The notes beneath the pieces were generated by a model. That model saw nothing but the letters and a program-made list of their open reading frames with translations. It had not been told where the DNA came from and searched no databases. A program made the translations under genes and the position numbers. From a virus (lineage: Duplodnaviria; Caudoviricetes): DNA of 64,000 nt. Where the stretch lies: the IMG/VR virus record IMGVR_UViG_3300014208_000023, positions 160,001 to 224,000 of that record, one strand, 5' to 3'. Shown piece after piece: positions 18,624-27,293 of the stretch (its first letter is position 1; each line of letters opens with the position of its first letter).

Positions 18624-20255
18624 TTAAGGAGCAACCCAAATTAGGGAGTGTATATGTCCTATGCCATTTTCTCCTGGAACTTGAGAGCCATCTAAAACTA
18701 TTCCTCCCCTGACGACGTGGCTATGTCCTTGAACTATAGAGGTAATTCCATCAACTTGCAGCGGATTAATGGTTTTATCTGACACCTGAATAGTATGCGT
18801 ATGAGGAGGGAAGCCAATAGATGTAGCTATACTAGTAGATAGGGCTCTAAAGATATTTATGCCAACAGAGCCATCAGAATTAGTATTTACATTCTCATAA
18901 ATTGGAACCATATAAATTGGATCCGTTTTACGAATTCTTTGTAAGGTAAATCTTTGTAGCCCAGAATTATCTAGAATAAACTTATTTCTAGTTACATTAA
19001 GGACTTCATATCTAAACTCCTCATTGCCGGCCTGGTCAAATCTAACTATAAAGTCTCTCTCGTGAATAGTTGGAACTGTTAAGGTCCAACAATTTGGTTT
19101 TAGATTAGATTCTAGGCCGCTTTCTGTAGGATCAACCGTTTCTACCGTAGGATCAAAACGAACCATAATTTTTCTATCAGAGCGTCTTGGGCTGAAATAT
19201 TGCTGCCATCCAACTACGAATCCAGTTCCAAAACATTTATTGCATCGCCCCTCAGGATACTCTCTCATACTATAACACGTGCAGGTAACGCCGGTCCATT
19301 GACGACGAACCAATACTACTGGCTCACCATCAACATTAAGAAGGGTTTCTTGCCTCTGTAAATTTTGAATAACCGGAGATACTCCTCTTATAATAAAAGA
19401 GCCAGTATAACCATCTATACATCCTCTAGTTCCACCAATATAGCTTCCAATGCATTTCCCAGAAAGAACTAATCTTGGATCACTATGATATTGATTATAG
19501 TCATATGAAGGAAAATTAAGATTGATTTGATCGCTTACCGTCATATCAGTATTTAATAAATCTACTGTTTTTTGATGATAACCATCAGTTGGCAAGTATT
19601 TCTGATTTATTACTCCAAATCTAGATTCACACTCAAATACTCTTGTATTATCTTCCTCATCAACTAGTGGCCATAAGGTAACATTTGGGTCCCAAGACTG
19701 ATATCCATCTGATCCACTAATATAATGTGCGTGCGGAGTTGTGGTTCCATAACCTCGTTCGGATACTACTAAATCTCCATATCCATCTATTGATGAATAA
19801 GTTATTAATTCATTTCCAATTTTAACTATTCCAGATGATGGAAATCCATCGACATCAACCAAAGGTATTAGCGTTGAAACTGAAGAGATATCACTAAAAA
19901 GAAGTGACTTTGGTAACACGCGAAGATTACCATAAACTATCGGCAGTGTAGCAAAATTAAATACGCTAGAGTTATATTCAAAAGCTCTTATGCCAAAATG
20001 ATACATCGTTCCTGGCGTCAAATCTTCAATAGTTGCAGAAGTATATCCGTCCAAACATATGAATGAAGGATCCTGATCGAAATGATCGGTAGTAAAATCA
20101 GGGCTTTGTCTATCATTAAAATATATGTTATAAGCAATTTTATTTGTAACTAGCACCGGATATGCTTTGGCCCACGTCACTGTTATAGACGTTCCATTAA
20201 AGTCGGAATTGGCAGCAGTAATTCCAATTATGCTTTTATTTAAGTAGTAAGGCAA
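18624..20255 (-). CDS. Putative neck/head-closure protein with an N-terminal FN3-like domain and a Zn finger
   Basis: ITVTW...YNIY...LTPGTMYHFGIRA (FN3-like); GEPVVLVRRQWTGVTCTC...CNKCFGTG (Zn finger); C-terminal HxH motifs; TTG start with AAGGA SD. Confidence 0.55.
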   Translation of the reverse strand: MPYYLNKSIIGITAANSDFNGTSITVTWAKAYPVLVTNKIAYNIYFNDRQSPDFTTDHFDQDPSFICLDGYTSATIEDLTPGTMYHFGIRAFEYNSSVFNFATLPIVYGNLRVLPKSLLFSDISSVSTLIPLVDVDGFPSSGIVKIGNELITYSSIDGYGDLVVSERGYGTTTPHAHYISGSDGYQSWDPNVTLWPLVDEEDNTRVFECESRFGVINQKYLPTDGYHQKTVDLLNTDMTVSDQINLNFPSYDYNQYHSDPRLVLSGKCIGSYIGGTRGCIDGYTGSFIIRGVSPVIQNLQRQETLLNVDGEPVVLVRRQWTGVTCTCYSMREYPEGRCNKCFGTGFVVGWQQYFSPRRSDRKIMVRFDPTVETVDPTESGLESNLKPNCWTLTVPTIHERDFIVRFDQAGNEEFRYEVLNVTRNKFILDNSGLQRFTLQRIRKTDPIYMVPIYENVNTNSDGSVGINIFRALSTSIATSIGFPPHTHTIQVSDKTINPLQVDGITSIVQGHSHVVRGGIVLDGSQVPGENGIGHIHSLIWVAP

Positions 20256-20288
20256 GGTATCCTTTTAAAATACGAGAATATTATTGGG

Positions 20289-20780
20289 CTAATCATCAAT
20301 GCGACTAGCCAGCTCGTCTTTCTTTTCCTTACGTTCTTTCTTACCATCTACGTCGTGATGATTCAATAAATGTTCAATATATTTATTAGCCTCTTCATCG
20401 CCATACTGGTCATCCATATATTCGATTTGATATGTAAATGCCTCTATCTCGTCCTCGTTCTCCAAATACTCGCCATCGTTAGCGCCCTTGGTTGGCTTAT
20501 TACGAGTTGTCATTTGAAGAAAGTGAGATATCTCATGTAGAATATAATGAATATTATTCTTAAAATTATTATCTAATAATAGTTTCTTATTTAGGATTAT
20601 AACTCCACGAACTGTTTTGGCAGAAACATCAACATCATCTCCAAAACGAATGGGCACAAGATCAATAACATCTTCATTTACTTTAAAATCTTTGCACATT
20701 TTTTTATATGTTTCATCTTCACGAAGCATATCCTTACCTTCTTCTATTTTTTTAAGCAGCTCGGCCCTGGATTGTTCCAT
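20289..20780 (-). CDS. HExxH zinc-metallopeptidase-like protein
   Basis: ILHEISHFLQ plus downstream EIEAF (third ligand candidate). Confidence 0.55.
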   Translation of the reverse strand: MEQSRAELLKKIEEGKDMLREDETYKKMCKDFKVNEDVIDLVPIRFGDDVDVSAKTVRGVIILNKKLLLDNNFKNNIHYILHEISHFLQMTTRNKPTKGANDGEYLENEDEIEAFTYQIEYMDDQYGDEEANKYIEHLLNHHDVDGKKERKEKKDELASRIDD

Positions 20781-20782
20781 AA

Positions 20783-21715
20783 TTAAAATAGTCTCCGAGC
20801 GCGAAGAGTCGATAGTCTGCGTGCAAGTGGATTTGTTCCGTTGGTCATCGTTAGCGTTCCAAGTCCTTGTGGTCCTGGCTTCATTGATGCCTTAATTTGC
20901 TTCAATTTCTCAAGATGTGTTGTATGCATTTGTGAATACTGGCTATTCATTAGTTCCGAAACCGTTGGAACATTAACGGCAACCCCGTTATCAGTTATTT
21001 GCCACTCACGCCCACGTTCAATTAAAGCCTGGCTAGAGAGCGCGTAAATAGCGGCACCCTCTACTATGATATAATGGAAAAGGTCTATAATACTTGTGTT
21101 GTCAAAATTAAAGGTAGTAAAATGTGGGATAGCATTAAACTCTGCTAGGCTAGCTGCCAAAAACGTAACTAATGTATCTACGCTAAAAATATCGCAGTCA
21201 GTGTAATAAATATTACCAGCAGAATCCATTTCCTGTATCTTGCCAGAGCTATTTAATCTTGCCCGTAGCGTTTTAATGAGTTTATTTATGTTTAGAATAG
21301 ATGTTTGTGAGTAATGGAACCCAGGATCTTCACCCAAAGCATAATACCCATCAGGACTTATTACTGCAGGAAGATTGCTATCAAAAACAACGAAATTTTT
21401 CGTTTGTGTAGTTACATTACCGGCAATACTTCCCTGCCAAATATCACTCCAAACCCCTAAGGGCCCGGCCAGCCCTATATCGTAGGCATATGCGTATATT
21501 CCGACACCCATTCTCTGGACCCCAGAACTTGTTGGCGAAAACAAAACGCTACCAGAAGGCTGAACTATTGAGATAGTTGGAAAAGTATCGGTATCAGTGG
21601 GCACACCTAAATTATTGTAGAAAGTGGCAGTTAATACCACTCTATCCGTCACGCTTAAAAGTTCCCCTCTAGCTTTATTGACCATTCCGCTCCTGGTATT
21701 ATGCGGGATTAGCAA
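20783..21715 (-). CDS. Putative head-tail adaptor (neck) protein with an N-terminal Ig-like domain
   Basis: Ig-like N-terminus (TATFYN...GIYAYAY...WSDIW) and helical C-terminus (IIVEGAAIYALSSQALIE); positioned with the neck genes. Confidence 0.5.
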   Translation of the reverse strand: MLIPHNTRSGMVNKARGELLSVTDRVVLTATFYNNLGVPTDTDTFPTISIVQPSGSVLFSPTSSGVQRMGVGIYAYAYDIGLAGPLGVWSDIWQGSIAGNVTTQTKNFVVFDSNLPAVISPDGYYALGEDPGFHYSQTSILNINKLIKTLRARLNSSGKIQEMDSAGNIYYTDCDIFSVDTLVTFLAASLAEFNAIPHFTTFNFDNTSIIDLFHYIIVEGAAIYALSSQALIERGREWQITDNGVAVNVPTVSELMNSQYSQMHTTHLEKLKQIKASMKPGPQGLGTLTMTNGTNPLARRLSTLRARRLF

Positions 21716-21735
21716 TAGTTTGATATCTTATAGCA

Positions 21736-22122
21736 ATGAAAAGTTTTTGGATCCAAAACATGTCTAACAGACTAATCTCATTGGGGGATTTAGGCATTTT
21801 ATTGCAACCATATCAAACAGTTAATCTATTAGATAGTAGGCATTATTTCTTCACAGAAGAACAAATACAAGCGTCATTAAAAAGCGGATCTCTTTTTAAG
21901 AGAAGTGACAAAATTGTTGTTAGAAAAATACCGCCGCCTAAAATTTTTAAAGGACCAAGCCCAATAGGTCTAGACGAGAAAAATGAATATCCATCAAAAA
22001 TACGTTCATTATTAGAACACAAAGAGTTTAATTATGATGAGCTTCAAATGTCCGATGAAGAATATGCCAAAGAAAATGCTGACTTGGCTGATGAGGATGA
22101 TTTAGGGAAATATAAAAAATAA
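21736..22122 (+). CDS. Hypothetical protein sharing a domain with 43638..44222
   Basis: ORF with a promoter-like motif at 21714..21726; TAATG coupling to the next gene. Confidence 0.6.
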   Translation: MKSFWIQNMSNRLISLGDLGILLQPYQTVNLLDSRHYFFTEEQIQASLKSGSLFKRSDKIVVRKIPPPKIFKGPSPIGLDEKNEYPSKIRSLLEHKEFNYDELQMSDEEYAKENADLADEDDLGKYKK

Positions 22123-22433
22123 TGGATATAGGATTAGTCAGCTTAATAGTATCTGGGTTCGTTGCTTCCGTAACGGCATTGAACTTCCTAAATACCATGT
22201 CGGTTCGAAAAGAAGCCGGGCTAGATAAGTTTGCCAAGGCCGCCGCCGTGGATAATGAGCTAATTGTTATAAGAAAAGACATAGCAGATGTCTATGCAAA
22301 ACTAGAAGACCATGGACAGAAGATAAGCAATCTTCAAGTGGGTCATGCCGTCCTGAATTCTCAGGTCGGGGCCCAGTTGAGGGAAGTTGAGAAGTTGGGG
22401 GACAAGTTAGATGAGTGGAGAAAAAATGAGTAA
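22122..22433 (+). CDS. N-terminal TM + coiled-coil protein (lysis accessory-like)
   Basis: Hydrophobic N-terminus GLVSLIVSGFVASVTALNF followed by a heptad-rich region. Confidence 0.4.
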   Translation: MDIGLVSLIVSGFVASVTALNFLNTMSVRKEAGLDKFAKAAAVDNELIVIRKDIADVYAKLEDHGQKISNLQVGHAVLNSQVGAQLREVEKLGDKLDEWRKNE

Positions 22434-22596
22434 TAATAGTTATTATGAATCACGTCAACAGCCTCAATTAGAGGTCGTTGAACTTGAGCAAGAAAACGAT
22501 CATGTAAAACTAATGAAGGCCTACCGTAAATTGAATCAAAAAATTGATTCATTAATTCAGAAGCGAAAAGCTCCAGAAAAAAACGATAAGCCCTAA
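22426..22596 (+). CDS. Small hypothetical protein
   Basis: Start moved from 22411 to ATG 22426, which has a GGAG SD and overlaps the end of the previous gene. Confidence 0.45.
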   Translation: MSNNSYYESRQQPQLEVVELEQENDHVKLMKAYRKLNQKIDSLIQKRKAPEKNDKP

Positions 22597-22599
22597 TAG

Positions 22600-22833
22600 T
22601 TATTCAGAAACAGTAACTTCAATAGCCTTGGGTTGGTTTCGGACATTTACACCGAGCTTGAAACTAACTTTCTGATCTTTTTTAATAGTTTTAAATCCTT
22701 CACAGGAGATATCGCTGAAATGCACGAATAAATCAGTCTGCACGACACCTTCCTTCTCCCAATGGATAAACCCATATCCAAGTTTGTTAATGAAAAAAAC
22801 TACCTTACCTTCATATACTTTATCGTCACTCAT
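22600..22833 (-). CDS. Cold-shock domain (CspA family) nucleic-acid-binding protein
   Basis: RNP1 LGYGFI, RNP2 LFVHFSDI, GFKT..DQKVSF...KAIEV. Confidence 0.9.
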   Translation of the reverse strand: MSDDKVYEGKVVFFINKLGYGFIHWEKEGVVQTDLFVHFSDISCEGFKTIKKDQKVSFKLGVNVRNQPKAIEVTVSE

Positions 22834-22857
22834 TATATTTCCTTACTTTTCTTAATA

Positions 22858-23124
22858 TCACTCATCTAACGCTTTTTTAATTGCCGTCTCGGAAGCTCCA
22901 GCAATAGTAGTCCCTATTAGTCCCGATCGACTGGCACCAAAATAAATATCCATTTCTTGCAGTCCCTGAACAGCAATAATATCTCTTTCTTCTTTTGTTT
23001 TAGCATGCTTCATTGCCTCATCTACCTTTTTGAAAATATCCAAAATAGGCTTTTCATAACCAGAAACTCTTGCGTGTTCTAGTAAGTGGGCCCTAGTTTG
23101 CTGCTCGTTCATAGGCTTTGACAT
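22858..23124 (-). CDS. Hypothetical protein
   Basis: 88-aa ORF with AAGGA SD. Confidence 0.55.
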   Translation of the reverse strand: MSKPMNEQQTRAHLLEHARVSGYEKPILDIFKKVDEAMKHAKTKEERDIIAVQGLQEMDIYFGASRSGLIGTTIAGASETAIKKALDE

Positions 23125-23149
23125 CTTAATCCTTTATATATCAATTACT

Positions 23150-23680
23150 TTATAATTTAGTTGCCGCCTTCAAGAAATTAACAATTACATGCATATTTCT
23201 TGATGAAATTACTTTTCTTTCCATCAATAATGCGCCAGCCTGCTTAACCGCACGAACATCAGTTTTGGCATAATCAAAGAAAGCTATATCGGCTAATTCT
23301 TTTAATGTTTCTATGTCATGTTTAGAAATCATTCCTTTATTCAATAGTAGCTGAAGAACCTCTACGGATGACATCTCATCTCCATCCATATACCATTTCT
23401 GCGTTCCATTAAAGAAGTTGGCGGCAGGACCATTTTCTCTATGCAATTTTCCGTTATGATACCATAGCTGATTGCCATCTGGATTTATTACTGCCGGACC
23501 ATCCAATCTGTGTAGCTGTCCTAAAGAGTTATAGTAACGCTTAATACCATTTTTATCAATACGAATGCCAGACTTGTCCGTTTGCTTAATTGGTTTTGGA
23601 ATATATTGTTTATATGGCTCATCATAGCTTAAATCAATATTTTTTGTTTTATGCTCAAAATCTTCGGCTAATTTTTTCAT
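23150..23680 (-). CDS. LHRxxGPA repeat (MORN-like) protein
   Basis: YYNSLGQLHRLDGPA...WYHNGKLHRENGPA...WYMDG repeats. Confidence 0.65.
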   Translation of the reverse strand: MKKLAEDFEHKTKNIDLSYDEPYKQYIPKPIKQTDKSGIRIDKNGIKRYYNSLGQLHRLDGPAVINPDGNQLWYHNGKLHRENGPAANFFNGTQKWYMDGDEMSSVEVLQLLLNKGMISKHDIETLKELADIAFFDYAKTDVRAVKQAGALLMERKVISSRNMHVIVNFLKAATKL

Positions 23681-23819
23681 CGCGGTTTTTGTTTATTCAG
23701 CAATAAAGTAAAAAATCTTATTCTTACATAGAAGATATGAAAATATTAAGCCACATATCAAATTTTATGAATTAAATGACAAATCGACACAAAAATAAAA
23801 AAAAATTACCAAAATAAGT

Positions 23820-23832
23820 AATATTCTCATAT
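23820..23832 (+). promoter_or_regulatory. Candidate phage late promoter upstream of the major capsid gene
   Basis: AATATTCTCATAT. A near-identical copy (AATATTTTCATAT) points the other way at 23735..23747. Confidence 0.5.
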
Positions 23833-23892
23833 CCTTTTAGCAAGACGCTGGGCAACTGGCAATACTTTCTCTAACTAATTAGGATAAATCGA

Positions 23893-24900
23893 ATGAATAT
23901 GTTTAATAACAGAGGCGAAATGAATGCCTCTTCACTCAAAGATGCACTCGCGCAAATTAGCAAGTTCGCTTCACTAATGGATGACAACCTTCCATCAAAC
24001 GCTAACCTCTCGTCTTCAATTCCAGAAGGCCGCAGAGATGACCTAATCTCGCGCGCTATTTCTAGCACGGAAGGAAAACTCGTTCTAGCCCAGGCTATGG
24101 CGAATCCAATTCGTAAGAATCTTGACTACCACGGAATCGCGCGCAGAGCGCTCGTAGTTGATCCACTTCCCCAAGGAGCTCTCCCTGTTTATGATCGCGA
24201 TATCGACGTTACGGCCGTAGTTGTTTCTTCAAACGGTTCAGCTCCAGAGTCTCGCGTTTTCGGTGACCGTGTTACGGTTCCAGAATTCGAAATCATGAGC
24301 AACCCAACGGTTCGTATCGCGGAAGTCAAACGCCGTAGATTCAACGTAATCGACAGAGCTGTTCAGAAGGCTCGTCAAGAGATCATGGCGCAGGAAGACG
24401 CGAACGTTTTCGCGGCCCTTGATGCGGCTGCTTCAATTGAAAACACGGTTATGGACATCGCTGACGCAGGAATGCAGAAGCGTGACCTTCGCAACCTTAA
24501 AGTTCAGGTTGATCGTTGGGACCTCGTAACCAGCAAGTTCTTCATGAACATCAACGAGTACAACGATATCCTCGGTTGGGCTTCTGGTGGTGGTCAGGGC
24601 GTCGGCGGTGGTGAAGTTGATCCCGTTACGCAGCGCGAAATCCTCCAGACGGGCCTCTATGCTCACATCTGGGGAGCCGATATCCTCGTCAGCAAGATCG
24701 TTCCAGCGGGAACCGTCTATAGCTGTGCGGATCCAGAGTTCGTAGGCGTCATGCCAGTTCGCCAGGAATGTGAAGTTCTTCCTGCCGACGAGCCCCGCTT
24801 ACTCAAGCTCGGTTGGGTTGTTTCAGAGATCATCGGTCTCGCTATCGTCAATCCTCGCGGCTGCGCGAAGGGTACGAAGTCAACCCTCGTCGGAACCTGA
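23893..24900 (+). CDS. Major capsid protein (HK97 fold)
   Basis: LAQAMANPIRKNLDYHGIARRALVVDPLPQGALPVYDRD...KARQEIMAQEDANVF...GLYAHIWGADI...GLAIVNPRG; strong C-ending codon bias; AGGA SD; strong terminator. Confidence 0.85.
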   Translation: MNMFNNRGEMNASSLKDALAQISKFASLMDDNLPSNANLSSSIPEGRRDDLISRAISSTEGKLVLAQAMANPIRKNLDYHGIARRALVVDPLPQGALPVYDRDIDVTAVVVSSNGSAPESRVFGDRVTVPEFEIMSNPTVRIAEVKRRRFNVIDRAVQKARQEIMAQEDANVFAALDAAASIENTVMDIADAGMQKRDLRNLKVQVDRWDLVTSKFFMNINEYNDILGWASGGGQGVGGGEVDPVTQREILQTGLYAHIWGADILVSKIVPAGTVYSCADPEFVGVMPVRQECEVLPADEPRLLKLGWVVSEIIGLAIVNPRGCAKGTKSTLVGT

Positions 24901-24906
24901 TAACTT

Positions 24907-24977
24907 GAGCTAACGTAAGTTAGCTCGTTAAAAGTGTAGGGAAGGATCGGAATGAAAATTCCGATCCTTTCTTTTTG
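24907..24977 (+). terminator. Tandem hairpins with an intrinsic terminator after MCP
   Basis: GAGCTAAC-GTAA-GTTAGCTC (24907-24926) and AAGGATCGGAAT-GAAA-ATTCCGATCCTT (24942-24969) followed by TCTTTTT. Confidence 0.85.
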
Positions 24978-24995
24978 TGCGTTATATTATAATAC

Positions 24996-25805
24996 ATGAT
25001 AAAATATAATGAATGGGTGGAAGCATTCCATCGAGACGGGTATTTGGTAATACCTAGCGTGCTTACTGAAGAAACTTGTAATGAGCTAAAAGACGATTTA
25101 GACGCCGCCATATATGATGGTGGAATAGGCAGGCGTAAATCAAAACTTAAAAAACGAATGTTTGAGCGTTCAAAAGCAAACCTAGAGCTATTTTGGCAGG
25201 ATCCAGTAGCAACATTTGCAGAAACACTAATTGCGGATAACGGGTCGCACGATGTTAAAGAATATAAGCGAGGTATTCCATCGGCAAACGAAACTCACGT
25301 TATTCATAACAATAGTTTTGTAATAAATGCTGGTCGTGATGGGCTTGGCGGAAGCTGCTGGCATCAAGACGACACTCCGCATATAACTTCTATTGATGGG
25401 CAGCCATTAACTAATGTAAGGCTAAATGTTTTGGCAATTACGTGCCTATACTATCTAACTGACGTATCTTCGGTAGAAAACGGACCAACCCAAGTAATAC
25501 CTGGAAGCCATTTGTTTGGCAGGCATTGTAATGGAGACATTACTGGCCTTGAAGATAAGATCGTATCCGCTACCGGACCAGTAGGAACTGCCGTTATTAT
25601 AAACAACCAGACTTGGCACAGAGGGTCTCCAAACCTATCTAATAGAGACAGGTATTGCACTCAAGTAACATATGCCAAACGTCTTATTGGCCATAAATAC
25701 GGCAATTTTATTGATTACCATATGCCAAAAGAGGTTTATAATGGGATAACCGATCCAAGAAAGCTCAGATTGCTAGGTTTTCTAGGGCATGGCGCTTATG
25801 GATAA
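24996..25805 (+). CDS. PhyH-family Fe(II)/2-oxoglutarate dioxygenase
   Basis: AFHRDGYLVIPSVL, WHQD (HxD), NGPTQVIPGSH, TWHRG...NRDR. Confidence 0.85.
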   Translation: MIKYNEWVEAFHRDGYLVIPSVLTEETCNELKDDLDAAIYDGGIGRRKSKLKKRMFERSKANLELFWQDPVATFAETLIADNGSHDVKEYKRGIPSANETHVIHNNSFVINAGRDGLGGSCWHQDDTPHITSIDGQPLTNVRLNVLAITCLYYLTDVSSVENGPTQVIPGSHLFGRHCNGDITGLEDKIVSATGPVGTAVIINNQTWHRGSPNLSNRDRYCTQVTYAKRLIGHKYGNFIDYHMPKEVYNGITDPRKLRLLGFLGHGAYG

Positions 25806-26120
25806 TCACCAACAACGCACGCAAACGGTTGCTGGGCCGCCAGTCTTCATTCTGAACCATATGCTTCCAGGACACCTACCAGAATAATCGAGAAATTTAG
25901 TCGTTAGAGCAGAGTCAAGCTCATCATGAACATCTACTCCATTAAAACTAACCTCTACTACGCTTGTATTGGTTTCATTTGAAAGGCTAAAATTGTTTAA
26001 CCCACTAACATTTATGGCAACATCTGGAAATGTTAGTGATGCAAATGCGCCACCTGCTGGTACAATTATTTTTCTAAAGTAGCAATTAGTATAACCTTGT
26101 TTGGCTCTTATTGTCGGCAT
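25806..26120 (-). CDS. Small beta-rich protein, paralog of 26973..27287
   Basis: SNETNTSVVEVSFNGVDVHDELD...IWFRMK...VRCW. Confidence 0.6.
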   Translation of the reverse strand: MPTIRAKQGYTNCYFRKIIVPAGGAFASLTFPDVAINVSGLNNFSLSNETNTSVVEVSFNGVDVHDELDSALTTKFLDYSGRCPGSIWFRMKTGGPATVCVRCW

Positions 26121-26145
26121 AACAATATACGCAATTATTAAGCTA

Positions 26146-26949
26146 TTAATTCAGTTTTTTATTTTGATTACCGAACTGTAGTTGAAAACTATCCATTAGT
26201 TTTTTGCCTTGATTTTTGGCATTATCAACAACTTTATGCAGGGCCTCATCAGGGGCCCCAGCCTTTCTTTTTAGCTCAAACTCCCAAGAGGCAGGAAAAT
26301 CTGGATGGTCCTCTAAAAGCTTACCGGCTTGCGACGGATGAATTGAAGATACATATTTTTTGAATAGTAAAAAGTATTCGCTAAATGGGGCTAGCTTGTT
26401 ATCAAAGTATTTTATTAGTTTTGGCATATCTTCTGGCCCAACCATCTTATCTCTTAGCATATCAGATAGTAGGCGAGAACGATATTGGTCTTTGTTATTC
26501 ATTGGCCAACCTTGGTATCGTAATTCTTCTAATTCAAGTATTTGACTGTCTTTATCTTTAACGCCAAGACGAGAAAATGCTACTTGACGAACTTTTGGAC
26601 TTTTATGATTCATAAACTGTTTTACATGCTTAAATCTAGTATCATTAAGTATATTTACCAAATCATCTTCATCCAATAGATTTTGTATTTCTAATATTTT
26701 ATTATCTAAATTCTTGCTTGGAGTAATATCAGGCATATCAAAAGCGTTTAGAATATGCATCGTAAGCAAATTGCTCGCGGCTTCACCTTTAGACAAAAGT
26801 GATTTGGTGGCATCTAAAATAGCCTGATATTTATCGTGACCCTCTGGCACTAAAAGAAAATTGTTACAAATCTTATTGGCTCTAGAATCATCTATTAAAT
26901 TAGATGATATTTTCAAAAATTCGCTGGCCAATTTTAATAATTTACTCAT
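26146..26949 (-). CDS. Hypothetical protein with an LLKLAxxF leader (candidate internal head protein)
   Basis: Start moved to ATG 26949 (MSKLLKLASEFLKISS); promoter-like motif at 26962..26974. Confidence 0.55.
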   Translation of the reverse strand: MSKLLKLASEFLKISSNLIDDSRANKICNNFLLVPEGHDKYQAILDATKSLLSKGEAASNLLTMHILNAFDMPDITPSKNLDNKILEIQNLLDEDDLVNILNDTRFKHVKQFMNHKSPKVRQVAFSRLGVKDKDSQILELEELRYQGWPMNNKDQYRSRLLSDMLRDKMVGPEDMPKLIKYFDNKLAPFSEYFLLFKKYVSSIHPSQAGKLLEDHPDFPASWEFELKRKAGAPDEALHKVVDNAKNQGKKLMDSFQLQFGNQNKKLN

Positions 26950-26972
26950 TTTCTTTAAAATATACAAAATTA

Positions 26973-27287
26973 TTATCTAGTAGCCCAAGCATCTACTCTA
27001 ATTGTTACTGGACCAGAGCTTCCATCTTTAATTTTAAACCATATTTTCGATACAACTCTGTTATCAAAAGTAATTCCTCTGCTTGGTAAAGAAGGATCTA
27101 ATTCTCCATGCACCGCGTTTCCATTAAAGCTATATTCTACTATTCCAGAATTATTTTCATTTAAAAACATGACGGATTCAGTAGCAAATGTAATTATGGC
27201 ATCACAAGTATCAGAAAATGTATTGTTGGTTACAATTATTTTCTTATAAAAATTAAAATCAAAACCTAATGTAATTTTATTTGCCAT
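26973..27287 (-). CDS. Small beta-rich protein, paralog of 25806..26120
   Basis: LNENNSGIVEYSFNGNAVHGELD...IWFKIK...VDAW. Confidence 0.6.
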   Translation of the reverse strand: MANKITLGFDFNFYKKIIVTNNTFSDTCDAIITFATESVMFLNENNSGIVEYSFNGNAVHGELDPSLPSRGITFDNRVVSKIWFKIKDGSSGPVTIRVDAWATR

Positions 27288-27293
27288 AATTTC

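Noticed and set aside
24996-25805. Dioxygenase as the collagen prolyl hydroxylase
   Set aside because: The motifs are PhyH-like rather than P4H-like, it is 15 kb from the fibre, and Pro sits mainly in the X position of the triplets; kept only as an open possibility.
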